From contig CM059433.1 in assembly GCA_030390025.1 (NCBI GenBank), positions 31,064,001 through 31,128,000 of the forward strand: a DNA stretch of 64,000 nucleotides, written 5' to 3'. The notes under the pieces were generated by a model. It searched no databases. It was not told where the DNA came from and saw nothing but the letters and a program-made list of their open reading frames with translations. Both the position numbers and the translations under genes were made by a program. Of the stretch, positions 12,415-25,147 are shown one piece after another; position 1 is the first letter of the stretch; each line of letters starts with the position of its first letter. Origin of the DNA: Squalus acanthias (Eukaryota).

Positions 12415-13125
12415 AAAAGACAGGCTTACATTTACATAGCGCCTTTCACGACCTCAGGATGCCCCAAAGTGCTTTACAGCCAATGAATTACTTTTGCAGT
12501 GTTGTCACTGTTGTAATGCAGGAAATGCAGCAGACAATTTGAGTAAAGCAAAGTCCAACAAACAAGAATAAAATAAATGATCAGATCATCTGTTTTAGTG
12601 ATGTTGGTTGAGGGATAAATATTGGCCAGGACAATGAGGTGAACTCCCCTGCTCTTCTTTGAACTAGTGCCATGGGATCTTTTACATCCACCTGAGAGAG
12701 CAGATGGGGCCTCAGTTTAATGTAGGGTTGCCAACTGTGGTTGGAGGCATACCTGGTGGTTTGATCACGTGACATTGTGCGACAAGTTCTGAGAACCAGG
12801 AGGCCACCCTTGAGTAGGTGAAGAGAGGAAACTGAGGAATGCCCCCTCCCCCATTTTAGAAACCCTCCATTTATCACAGAGCAGAGCCCTACGGTGGGAA
12901 ATTTATATCGCAAATTCCGTGAAGTTCCCGGTCATTCCGAGAGGGTTGGGAACCCTAGCTTAACGTCTCATCCAAAAGATGGCACTTCAGGTAGTGCAGC
13001 ACTCCTTCAGTACTGCACTGTGGTGTCAGCCGAGGTTGTGTGCTCAAGTCTCTGGAGTGGGGCTTGAACACACAAGCTTCCGACTCAGAGGCGAGAGAGC
13101 TGCCTACTGAGCCACGGCTGACACC
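12415..13125 (-). mobile_element. Full-length Deu-domain SINE interrupted by a hAT MITE
   Basis: tRNA-like head at about 13050-13125 and tail at 12415-12500. Confidence 0.8.
12723..12957. mobile_element. Non-autonomous hAT DNA transposon
   Basis: TIR TAGGGTTGCCAAC / GTTGGGAACCCTA; 8-bp TSD gtttaatg (12715-12722) / gcttaacg (12958-12965) duplicating the SINE site gtttaacg. Confidence 0.8.
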
Positions 13126-13745
13126 TGGCAGGTGTCACCTCCCTTCCACTTCATCGCATTGTTACTCCCGCGAAACGCTCCACCCATTTGGGAAAGCACC
13201 AGAAATCCCATGGCAGTGTTGTGAGGCAGCTGTGGGGGGGGCGATGGGTGGACAGGCAGTAAGAGGCCTGACACAATCTACGATCCCTCTCCCATTTCCT
13301 CTTCGTTGTGCGTGGGAATTGACTGCTCCCCAGCTGCAGCAGAGAGGAAAACCTACCCTATTATATCCTGTACCAGCGTCAAAAAAAAGCACTGGACACT
13401 GTTCATTATCAGATGGATATCATCTACATTTAGAAACAAATCGCTGCCATCTTTAACATCGCAGGAGATTCTGACAGTCGAGGTGAAGGTAACCGTCTGA
13501 AACACAATTTGTTCTCGTGAGCGCACATGATTCAGATTAAACGTGACAGCTGGCATCTGCACATTATAACCAGTACCCCCCACACAGCGGAAAGAACATC
13601 AAGCCTTCCACTGGCAGGTTGGCATGATGCGGATGCTCGCAACATAGCACGAGAAGCCAAAGTCCATTTATTTCCTTTTAATTACTAATACTTACCCTTA
13701 TAACATTCCCAATCTGTGCGCATTCCATCCACAGAATATCCGACA

Positions 13746-14254
13746 GGGGTGAGATTTTTTCTTCTGTTGGAACTCCAGAAGGTCAGCCATCGGTGCAAAC
13801 AGAAAAAATAGGTCGGTGTTGTGCGCGGTATACTGCCCTGGAGCTTTCTTCGCACTCGCACCCAGAGACACCCGGAATCCAAGCGCAAATCAATTATGTG
13901 CCTTAAAGATGGCGGAATAATGGTCGTGGGTGAGTTACCCACATAACGACAACATGTCCGAGTCTCCTCGATCTTTTACGGCCGTCCGTCAAACCCTCTA
14001 CCCGAACGAATCTCCACCCACAAAACTGGCCGCAACCCCTGCCCCACCCACCCTCCATCCTCCCCCTCCCGAGGCGTACCTTCGGGCCGCTGCGGGTAAG
14101 GCTGTGCCTAGACATTTGTCTTGTGCAAAAAATTTTAATCAGGTCCGAGGCCCAATATCAATCCGGCCTCGGGCGTCCCAGTTGAGCGCTCACTCGCTGC
14201 CTGCAAAGAGCCGATACTAGGCCCAGAAACAGGCCCAGACAAATTTCTATCCCC
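13746..14254. mobile_element. Probable Harbinger-type MITE
   Basis: GGGGTGAGATTTT ... AAATTTCTATCCCC ends and a CpG-rich interior. Confidence 0.5.
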
Positions 14255-14388
14255 AATGCTCTGCTTCTATGGCGCAGAATTCTCATTCTATCCACTCCCT
14301 GTGGAAAGCATTATTTCCTAGCTGCCCCTTTATTTCTTAGAGATGGTCTTCAATTTTTCCCTCACATTACATAGAATTATATAGAATT

Positions 14389-15215
14389 GGGGAAGGGGTG
14401 ATCAAGAGGGAGGGGGGTGATTGGGGGAGGGGGGGGTGATTGGGGGAGGGGTGATCAGAGGAGGGGTGATCAGGGGAGGGGTGATCGGGGAAGGAGTGAT
14501 CACGAGGGAGGGGGTGATTGGGGGAGGGGTGATCGGGGAGGGAGTGATCACGAGGGAGGGGGGTGATTGGGGAGGGAGTGATCACGAGGGAGGGGGTGAT
14601 TGGGGGAGGGGTGATCAGGGGAGGGGTGATCGGGGAGGGAGTGATCACGAGGGAGGGGGGTGATCGGGGAGGGAGTGATCACGAGGGAGGGGCGTGATCT
14701 AGGGAGGGGTGATCGGGGGAGGGGTGATCGGGGAGGGAGTGATCACGAGGGAGGGGGGTGATCTGGGGAGGGAGTGATCACGAGGGAGGGGGGTGATTGG
14801 GGGAGGGGTGATTGGGGAGGGGTGATCGGGGAGGGAGTGATCACAAGGGAGGGGGGTGATCGGGGAGGGAGTGATCACGAGGGAGGGGGTGATTGGGGGA
14901 GGGGTGATCGGGGGAGGGGTGATCGGGGAGGGAGTGATCACGTGGGAGGGGGTGATTGGGGGAGGGGTGATCGGGGGAGGGGTGATCACGAGGGAGGGGG
15001 TGATTGGGGAGGGAGTGATCACGAGGGAGGGGGTGATGGGGGGGAGTGATCATGAGGGAGGGGGTGATTGGGGGAGGGGGGTGATTGTAGAGGGGTTGAT
15101 CAGGAGGGAGTATGAGGGAGGAGGGTGATCGGGCAGGGGGTTATCGGGATGGAGGGGGGATATCAAGAGAGGTGGAGGCGATCAGGAGGGAGGGGGTGAT
15201 TGGGAGGGAAGGGAC
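14389..15215 (+). repeat. G-rich minisatellite of about 15-18-bp units (GGGGAGGGGTGAT[C/T], GGGGAGGGAGTGATC, ACGAGGGAGGGGGTGAT[C/T])
   Basis: Directly visible tandem array, degenerating at the right end. Confidence 0.95.
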
Positions 15216-17596
15216 TATCAGGATTGACACAGCCAATTCATTCAGATTCATGTTAGCTGCCAAAGACTCTCTGCTTTGCCAAAGGACTCAATGTACCAGT
15301 GGAAAAATTGGTATTCTATAAATATAGACTGGTTGATGTTAGCAACAGCATGCAATAGACTGCGTGATCAGCACAACCTGCAAATGAGGTTACTAGCAAA
15401 TCAAGCAAAATCATATACAAATCGACAAAGTTAAATCATGCCCTAATAACAAACAATCAGGAGCATTACATGCTGTATTTTGCAATGTGATGGGAAGGAA
15501 TATAATTGGTAAGGCCTCAATACCTGTAGTGAGGGGAGATGCAAGATAAATAAAGACAAAGCAGAACAATTACTGGGCTTCTGTCTGACTAATAACTCAG
15601 ATCTATCTACTGTGTACAAAGCAATAAAGCGGGAGAGGGCTGCTAATTCACCATGGAAACTGGATAAATGATCAATCGCTAAAATAGATGGTTGCAGGTA
15701 TACTGATTAACCTCGTAACTGAATGAAACGTTACCACAAACAATGAAAAATAGGTTGAAAATGAAAATATAAAATGGTACTTCAGTTAAATGTGTACTTT
15801 GAGCTGGAGAAGATTCAATGTAATTAAATGATAATCCTTATTGAATTGGCTCCTCGGCTGATGAAATACTGGGATTACAGCCCAAATATATTAAATACCA
15901 GCAACCATTTCTCCCCACCTATAGTCATCAAATGCATACGTGATTGCTGGCCTAACAATAGTGGCAGCGCTTGCAAAAGTAATTCACTGAAGTGTTTTGG
16001 TGCATCCTCAGGACGTGATAAGGCACCGTATAAATAAAAATAGTTCTTTCTTTCTCCTTGTTTCTATTAGACTATATTACTGGGCCTGCTATTCTTTAGC
16101 AGTATGTCATAAAGTCCAATATCATTACAGTTCAAATCATGGGCTACAATAGCAACTCAATTGAAACAATGGGATTTGATCACTTGCCATCTGTCCCGAT
16201 CTGCCACAATGTCAGCTGCCAATGGCAATAAAAACTCTCGCAAAATACAATAAACCTACTTCATTCACAACGGAATAAAACAGATTAGGATCTGCTTCAA
16301 GGATGCAAGACATTTTTGGGTTCAGATATTGTTGGCAAATGGCAAAAGAGTGACCTGAAGTGCTTTGATGTGTAACATTCCAGGTTTGGTGTTACCCAAT
16401 GAACCTCACTTACATTATCGATCCAAATAAATGCAAAATTAAAAGCATTAAATAAGCCTTACTGAACACACACACCACATTGATTTTAAGGTTTAACCAT
16501 TTTTCAAGAGGGGAAGCAACATAACTATTTCCGCAGCATGAGATTCTCAATTGCAGGGCTAAAGTTTAGGATGGTTTTGTTTTATTATTACCGAGAGAGA
16601 TACTTGAAGGGCAAAGGCTTACAGAGCATAGGCATCACCAAGATCGTAAAGGTAGAAGGTAAGATGTGGTAATCAGGAGTTTGCTGATACGATCTTGCCG
16701 ATCTTGGATTTTAGATCAAAAGGGAGAAAAGGAACACTGAGGGAGGTAAGAAATTCCATAGTTTTCAGGCCCTGAGAAAGAGTGAGTTGGAGCAGGTGAC
16801 AGTGTGAGTCAAGATAACAATGCGCTGACATTGAAACAAGGCCTATCCCTAACACCAATTCTTGGGCCACTAGAGAGAACTTTTCACAATGATACGAACA
16901 TATGAAACTGACGGGCAGGAAAGGACCAGCTGGTCATCAAGGCTACCCCACACCATGATGACTAAACACTTCCTTTTACTCATCGCCCCCACAGCTATGT
17001 AATCTCCCGAGAGAGACAAAGGAACAGAGAATGGCCTGTTCCATTTCAGAAAGGTGGAAAGACTGTAAGGTGCTCAATTCAGGATCTTGTAAATGCACCT
17101 TTTTTGGCTGAGAGAATAGTTTACAAACACTAATACTGACATTTCCTGAAGATTTAATTATGCTACAAGCTTGCCAAGTTCAATGAAAATGCATTTGGCC
17201 AGACAGACCAGAAGGTCTGTGCTGAGTTGTCCAATGTCAGCCAGTAGATGGGACATTACAATTGACCTCAGCACCCTGAGCTACAGAAGGGCGAAATCTG
17301 CCAGGGTTTCTGTTCCTGACAGCTATCTAATCGCTCCTGCTGAGAAGTATGCCCTTATCAGGTAAGGGCAGGATTGTGCTTCTCTGTGCTGTATGGTTGA
17401 ATAGGCAGCCAACAATCAATGCCCAGACTGACAAATGAAACTGGCTATTTTTGGGGGGAGTGGCGAGGGTGGACAGGTAAAGAAAAGGAAAAAAACTAGA
17501 GGGGGAGAAAAGAAACGAAAAGAAAGACTTCCATTTACACAGCATCTGTCACAACCTCAGGATGTCCCAAAGTGCTTCACAGCCAATTAAGTATCG

Positions 17597-18000
17597 TGTC
17601 AGCAGTAGCACTCTCGCCTTTGAGTCAGAAGATTATGGGTTCAAGCCCCACTCCAGAGACTTCTAGGCTGTGCAGTACTGATGAGTGTTGCACTGTCGGA
17701 GGTGCCGTCTTTCAGATGAGACGTTAAACCGAGGCTCCTCTACCCTCTCAGGTAGATGGAAAAGATACCATGGTAATATTTCTAAGAAGAACAGGGGAGT
17801 TTATCCCTCAACCAACATCACTAAAAACAGATTATCTGGTCATTATCTCATTGCTGTTTGTGGGAGCTTGCTGTGTGCATATTGGGTGCCACGTTTCCTA
17901 CATTACAACAGTGACTGCACTTCAAAAGTACTTTATTGACTATAAAGCACTTTAGGACATATTGAGGTTGTGAAAGCCTTTATATAAATGCAAGTCTTTC
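17597..18000 (+). mobile_element. Deu-domain SINE, near full-length
   Basis: tRNA-like head with B box GGGTTCAAGCCC, Deu body and tail. Confidence 0.85.
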
Positions 18001-18004
18001 ATTA

Positions 18005-18352
18005 ATGTAGGAAATGCGGTAGTCAATTTGCACACAGCAAGGTCCCAGAAACAGCAATGTGATAATGACCAGATAATTTGTTTTTAGATGTTGATTGAGG
18101 GATAAATATTGGTCAGGACACTGGGGAGAACTCACCCGCTCTTCTTCAAAATAACACCATGGGATCTTTTATGTCTTCCTGAGAGGGCAGACAGTTTAAC
18201 GTCCCATCCAAAAGATGGCACCTCTGACAGTGCAGCACTCCCTCAGTACTGCACTGGTGTGTCAGCCGAGATTTTGTGCTCAGGTCCCTGGAGTGGGACT
18301 TGAACCTTCTGACTCAGAGACGAGAGTGCTACCAATGAGCCACAGCTGACAC
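18005..18352 (-). mobile_element. Deu-domain SINE, inverted relative to its neighbour
   Basis: Reverse complement of the same family; head ends near 18352. Confidence 0.85.
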
Positions 18353-19424
18353 TAAAAGAACCTTGACAGTCTCAATCCAACTCCCAGCAGACCTTATTCC
18401 ACAGCACAACTCCCACAGCCCATCAGGTTAGTTACTAATTGATATTCATGCTTAATGGTCATGAAGATGAGCAGTGTGTATAAGGGACTTGTCAAGATGC
18501 TGCAATGGGGCAATTCTTCAGCTTCTGGTTAAGGATCATTGGCAGGGTAATGGAACAGAGCACTGCCTCTTCATCTAGCCTGTAGTGTTGCTCCTCAGAA
18601 ATTCCACACAACACGCCTCTTTAAGTCACCGAAAGTGGGCCACAAAATTACATTTGGTTAGTCTTGCACAGAACAATCGAAAATTCTACATGTGAAGAAT
18701 GAGGCAAAAGTTGATGCTGAAGACTTGAAAACAATGTAAAACACATTACACAGAAGAAACTATAGAACATGCCAAAGAAATCCTTTGGCTAGCAACCACA
18801 AGTAAGTTACTTACAAGACAACCTTTTGCTAAATGCTTCATAATGCAAGATGCACGGACAAACAAGAGATGTCAGATGGAGAAATGAATTGCGTGTTGAT
18901 CTGTCAATGGTCAAGCTAGTGTCAAACCACCAGTAACACAGCTGTTGCTGCACAGCTATTGAGTATTAGTTTACTGACTGTCGCTTCTCATTAGAGGCAA
19001 AGGAGAGTAAACAGTCTCTGAGATGGCCAGCGATCAGTACTAGAGCTCTGAAACACTGGGAGAATTCAAAATAACTCACAAGGGAGGATTGCTTTCTCGA
19101 TGTGCTGTCACCTCTCTCCACATTAATCGCGATAGAGTAGGTGACTGTGAAAGGTTTCTGTGATGGGAACTGTCAGAACTGTCACTGGTACAAATATGCA
19201 CTTAAGCAGCAACAGTCAGCCTTGTGTGGGAAGAAACATTTCCTGGTTAACAGGCTATTTGAAAAGGTGGAATATAAAAAGATCTGGGGCTGGGGCAATG
19301 GGGCTACAGGACAGCGCGCCAGCACCAAGGGGCCAAATGAAATGCCATAACTCGTTATGCCATAGTTAAGGTGTTAACGAGAAAAAGGGCTCGAGATTTG
19401 TTCGAACACTGTACCTTTTTTAAA

Positions 19425-21265
19425 ACTTATTCATTCACAGGATGTAGGTGTTGCTGGCAAGGTCACATTTATTGCCCATCCCTAATTATTCTTGAGAAGG
19501 TGGTGGTGGGCCTTCTTCTTGAACTGCTACAGTCTGTGTGATGAAGGTAATGAAGGTACTCCCACGGTGCTGTTAAGGAGGGAGTTCCAGGATTTTGACC
19601 CAGCAATGATGATTTGTCTTACGTTTTGTGGACAGGACATAGGTTATCGGTTAGATGCTAGTGTTGTAGCTGTATGGACAGCTTCGCTAGAGGCACAGCT
19701 AGTTCGGGAGCACAAGTCTTCAGCACTACAGCTGGGATGTTGTCAGGGCCCATAGACTTTGCTGTATCCATTGCACTCAGCTGTTTCTTGATATCACGTG
19801 GAGTGAATCGAATTGGCTGAAGACTGGCAGCTGTGATGGTGGGGACATCAGGAGGAGTCCGAGATGGATTATCCACACGGCACTTCTGGCTGAAGATGGT
19901 TGCGAATGTTTCAGCCTTGTCTTTTGCAATCATGTGCTGGGCTTCACCGTCGTTCAGGATGGGGATGTTCATGGAGCCTCCTCCACCATTAATTGTCCAC
20001 CACCATTCACAATTGGATGTGGCAGGACCGCAGACCTTTGATCTGATCCGTTGTTTGTGTGATCGCTTGCTTTTGTCTATAGCATGCTGCATCCACTGTT
20101 TAGCATGCATATAGTCCTGTGTTGTAGCTTCACCAGGTTGGCACCTCATTTTCAGGTACGCCTGGTGTTGTTCCTTGCATGCTCTTCTACACCCCTGGTA
20201 GAGTGGCCATAAGGTTGCAGATTGTGCAGGAATACCATTCTGCTGCTGTTGATGCCCCACAGTCCCTCATGGATGGCCAGTTTGAGCTGCTAGATCTGTT
20301 TTTAATCTATCCCGTTTAGCATGGTGGTAGTGCCACACAACACGATGGCCTCAGTGTGAAGATGGGACTTTGTCTCCACAAGGAATCTGCGGTGGTCACT
20401 CCTACCAATACTGTCATGCATCTGCGACAGGTGGATTGGAGAGGATGAGGTCAAGTCAGTTTTCTCCCCTCATGTTGTTTCGCTCACCATGTACCACAAG
20501 CCCAGCCTGGCAGCTATGTCCTTTAGAACTCAGCCAGCAGTGGTGCTGCCAAGCCACTTCGAAGTTCCCCCACCCAGAGTACATTCAGTGCCCTTGCTTT
20601 CTCAGTGCTTCTTCATCAGCTGAGAGGGGGCGGTAGGTGGTAATCAGCAGGAGGTTTCCTTGCCCATGTTTGACCTGATGCCACGAGACTTCATGGGGAC
20701 CGGAGTCAATGTTGTGCCGCCACCTCTGGTGGGTCTATCCTGTCGGTGGGACAGGACATATTTTGGATGGTGATGGAGGAGTCTGGTACATTGGCTGATA
20801 GGTACGATTCTGTGAGCTTGACTAGTTTGTGGGACACCTCTCCCAATTTTGGCATAAGTCCCCAGATGTTAGTGAGGAGGACTTTGCAGGATCACCTGGG
20901 CTGGGTCATGTCTGGTTTTATTCTTACTGTACATTTTTGTAGCAGTTTGATACATCGGAGTGGCTTGTTAGGCCATTTCTGAGGGCAGTTAAGAGTCAAC
21001 CACATTGCTGTGGGTCTGGAGTCACATATAGGCCAGACCGGGTAAGGATGGCAGGTTTCCTTCCCTAAGAACATTAGTGAATGAGTTGGGTTTTTATGAG
21101 AATCCGACAGTTTCATGGTCAGCATCATTATTCCAGATTTATTTAAGTAACTGAATTCAAATTCACAAACTGCTGTGGGTGGGATTTGAACTCACGTCTC
21201 TGGATTATTAGTCCATGCTGCTGGATTACTAGTCCAGTAACACAACCACTATGCTACCGCACCCA
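19425..21265 (-). mobile_element. Internally deleted CR1-group LINE retaining a tRNA-like 5' head and the 3' tail
   Basis: 3' tail 19425-19610 matches 37145-37325; ORF remnant (WWWTI..NIPILND..KAETFATIFSQKC..KSMGPDNIP) matches 50578-51159; EN remnants at 20300-20890; A and B boxes at 21246-21256 and 21182-21193. Confidence 0.8.
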
Positions 21266-22044
21266 GTACCTGCGCAGTTAGACATGAGGTGAAAGACAAC
21301 GAGAAGGCACTACAATGTTTGAATTGGATACAAGAATAGGATTGGTAATAAAATAATACCAGCCAGTGAGCATAACCTTGAAGTCAGGATATTCATCTTA
21401 AACATTTGAAGCAGACAATTTGTAGATTAGACAATGGATCTGCCAAAATAGTTTGAAGGCCACTGGCCTGATTAAACTGTCCTGTCATCAACGCTGAAAA
21501 CCGAGCAGGATGCAAAGTAGTTGCTGTAATTAACAAATATGAAGGATGTTTGAGTAAGGTATCAAAACAATGTGAATTAAATCTACCATTGATATAGTAC
21601 ACAAAGAAAGTCTATTCTTCTACCTAGTAAACAGAGAAGACAGCTGGGGACTGAATTTCAGCTGTGCAATATTTAACACTTTCATGTTAAACTGCTGTTG
21701 GTGCTGTTTTAATGCAGTTACCACCAGCCTGCTTATTTTAAAGGGGTTTAACACTGCCTACACTGGCGCACACAGACATTTAAAACAATGAGTAAACTAG
21801 TGGGCTAAGGGAAAAATGAAAACACTAATTGTAGCCAGACGGCCATTTCATGCCTCTTGAAAACACCTTTGCTGTGGGATTTTGAATAAAACACTATGGG
21901 GTAGATTTTTCGGTCTTCCCTACCTAAGGGTAAACTTGCAGAGCAGAAAGCCCACCCGCTTCAGAACATGACCAAATTTCATTCCTGTGAAATCAAAGGA
22001 ACAAAAATCGTGCGGATTCTATAATGGACAGATGCTCAATTCCC

Positions 22045-23190
22045 TTATTGAGCTTATTGAAGTGTTTAAAATGTTAAAAGGATTCGATAGGGTAGATACG
22101 GAGAAACTATCTCCTCTGGTGGGAGAATCAAGAACAAAGGGACATAGGGGTAAAAATTGAGTCGCGCCCCATTTGGGGCGCTAACCTCGCCGGGGCGCGA
22201 CTTTTAGCGCCCCGAAAAAATTAGCGGCCCCGCGCCGGAACTTCAGTGGTTGCGCCCCAAGAGGGAAGCAGGGCGCAACTGGAAGCAGCCCGCATCCCTC
22301 TTGGGGCGCTGTGAGTGAATATCCTGGCGCGACGTGCCGCAGCGCCACGCGCTGCGGCATGTCGCGCCGCGGTATTGCAGGCCTTCCTCCCCTTCTTAAA
22401 GGGGAGGGACCCTGCGCAGCGCGAACCGGGGCCCAGCTGGGCCCCCAGGGATCGGGAGTGCCGGCAAAAGAGCCCGGCACTCAAGAGAAGTGCCGGGCTC
22501 TTGGAGCGCAGCCGGCACTTCACGGTGGGGGGGCTTCACGGGGGCCGGGGGCAGGTGCTGGCAGGCGGCCAGCAACAAAAATGGCCGCCTGCCACCTCCG
22601 CTTTAAATATCGCCGCCCCGGCCTCACGTACGCCTCCCTGAACCCGTCGGACATAGCGTCTGGCGGTAAATCAGGGGGCGCGACTGAAGATCACGGCCGG
22701 GGCGCGAGCGGGGAGCTGCGCACGGCGATTACGTCATCGCCGGCGGCGCAGCGCCACAGGGCGCTACCGGCTGCCGCCGCCGCTAACCTCCCACTAAATT
22801 TTTCGGGAGGCGTGGGCGGCGCTGCGCCCGGGCGTTAGCTGCTTTACGCCCCATTAGCGCCCTCTTAAGGCGCTAACGGGAGGCGCAAGCAGCTGAATTT
22901 TTCCCCCATAATCTTAAAATTAGAGCCAGGCCATTTAGAAGGCAAATCAGGAAGTAATTTTTCACACAAAGGGTAGTAGAAATCTGGAATTCTCTCTCCC
23001 AAAAGGCTGTGGTTGCTGGGGGACAATTGGAGCTTTCAAGACTGAGATGGATAGATTTTTGTTCAGTAAGGATATCAAGAGATATGAAGCTAAGGTGGGT
23101 AAATGGAGTTGCTGTAGAGATCAGCCGTGATCTAACTGAATGGCAGAGCAGGCTCGAGGGGCTGAATGGCCTCCTCCTGTTCCTATGATC
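22045..23190 (+). mobile_element. CR1 LINE 3' end interrupted by a MITE
   Basis: LIEVFKMLKGFDRVD...RTKGH|NLKIRARPF...FFTQRVVEIWNSL and 3' UTR ending TGTTCCTATG. Confidence 0.85.
22147..22907. mobile_element. CpG-rich Harbinger-type MITE
   Basis: ata|GGGGTAAAAATT ... AATTTTTCCCCC|ata; 3-bp TSD recoverable from the interrupted CR1. Confidence 0.88.
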
Positions 23191-24194
23191 CGCTCTGCCA
23201 TATTACCAGCATATAAATGGTTCAGTTGGTTCTGTTCAGATCATAATTTCAGGCAATGCAATTCGTGATCATGGCTTCAGTGTTGTGGGGTGATGACATG
23301 CAAATCAAATTGCATCGATCCTCCAATATAACGAGAACCAAAATCAAATTTGGAAACAGTCTAAAAAAAATTACTGCAATATTTTAAAGGGACAGTATTT
23401 GCTGAAATTACATTGTGCAAGGCTAGAACTAATTGGAAAACTATTACATTTCATGTGTGGGCTCAAGCAAAGGAAAAATCCAGCTTGTGCGGTCCTAAGC
23501 AACAAACGAGGCTCTTTGATTTTCAATTCTTTCTTTAGTTGAGACTATGCTCCTGTCTGATGTTGTGAAGTACAGGCTTTGAACAGTTTCTGAAAAATCT
23601 TCTAAGAGTTTAAATCTCTTTGCTGAAAGTACAGTTGTGGATTTTCCTGACAAATTTACTGAGTACAGACTTCTTTGATTAAAGGGTACAGTGCGTCAGC
23701 CTGACTGAACGGGCTACAAGCTTTGCAGTTTCTGATTAGAATAGACAAGCCTGCAGTAGATTAACCTCCCTTTACAAAGCACAGGCTTTCTATTCCATGT
23801 TAACAATATTCACAATGTGTGGACAGTAAGTGAGTGAATTGCAGATTTTCAATTTGCATTTATGTAGGATGTATAACAGAATACTCATAACATGCACGCA
23901 TTTAAAACAAATTACTATGGCACAAATGATGACCTGAAGTATCTGCAAAGATTAATCCATATTATTCACTGCCACCAAAATCACTGGATCAAAAGACAGG
24001 AATTTTCTGCAGTTTAATTAATAGAAACATAGGAAATTTTAGGACCAGGAAAACACCTTTCAAACAAAGATGTCCATCCCATTTTAATTCATCTCAAACC
24101 CACCTTCCTACCTTCTCACCCTATCCATCTACCTCCTTCTTTCTCCAGATTACTTCAGTCTTAGCAAGTCTACTTAAGAAAACAGGGAAGAGCC

Positions 24195-24370
24195 ACTGGG
24201 TGGCATTGTGGTTCCAAATGTTATCTGTTGTCCACAGCGATCTTGGTTGGATTCCAAGCCCAGCCTGATTGCATGAAGGTCTCCTGCCAGTTGCCTGTGA
24301 AGTGAGCTGATGAATTATCGACCCAGTTTATCTTTGGGGTTCAGGCCCACAGCACAAAACTGCCCATTGG
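24195..24370 (+). repeat. Highly diverged SINE, possibly LF-SINE-like
   Basis: GGATTCCAAGCCCAG...CCTGTGAAGTGAG...CCAGTT...CCACAGCACAAAAC resembles the LF-SINE consensus as I recall it; not searched. Confidence 0.3.
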
Positions 24371-24436
24371 TGCAAATTATTACCAGCTAGTATAAATATT
24401 AACTTTGGACATTACCTCCTCTGTGAAAAGTTTTGG

Positions 24437-24492
24437 AGAACATTATGGCACAGCACTTATTTCAGAACATTATGGCACAGCACTTATTTCAG
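24437..24492. repeat. Exact 27-bp tandem duplication (AGAACATTATGGCACAGCACTTATTTC x2)
   Basis: Directly visible. Confidence 0.9.
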
Positions 24493-25147
24493 TAACAGTG
24501 CTCTGTCTGAAATAGTTGATTGAGTTGACACAATGCTGGACAGGAGGAATTACCTTTTTTGATCGATGATTGTCGTCACTTCCAAGGCCAGGCAGCAGCA
24601 CAATTGGTAAATTGTAGCCACCAGAGTGCACACTGTGCTTCTATTACCCTGGACGTGGGATGAGGTCCTCCACAAATTTAATGACTTTTGGAACCCATCA
24701 AGGAAGTTTCAGCGACAGTTAAAGGAAAGATATGCATTGTGAGCACATATATTACAAGCTGCTGATGTGTAAGCATTCTGCTGTCATCACAACATGGGCT
24801 AAATATGATGTGACAGTTAAATCAATGTGAAAATGGTCTACAAATAGTGCAGACCCTCATTTACGGGAGATAACGGTACATGTTTTCCTGTGAGTCTAAT
24901 GTGCTATGCTTGAGTCTCACATGTATATAAAACAGCTGCATCAGCGCACCATCCCTGAATGGCACTACTTTCCAGAGCTCCAATCCTTGTTCAACAACAA
25001 GTTGGCGTATAACGCTCAAGCAAAAGTGATCTGGGAGTCCCGTTCAGTGGAGTTCATCGGGCATGAGGCTCTTCTGTGAGTAACCACCCTTGAGTTGGGT
25101 GGCCTGCAACCATGCTAGTACGTGCATGGCCATCTACGTGCCTAACG

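Noticed and set aside
13696..13763. Possible minus-strand exon with a GTAAGT donor and CAACAG acceptor
   Set aside because: No frame resembles EGF or laminin-G sequence, and the acceptor lies inside a probable MITE.
14367..15321. Gly-rich and Pro-rich repetitive ORFs
   Set aside because: They are translations of the minisatellite in several frames on both strands, with no splice or coding support.
17597..17660. tRNA genes at A/B-box sequences (also 13050-13125, 25148, 42338, 53762)
   Set aside because: They continue into SINE bodies and I see no intact cloverleaf.
23286..23297. WGDD polymerase-like motif
   Set aside because: An isolated tetrapeptide in a short frame with no other motifs; expected by chance.
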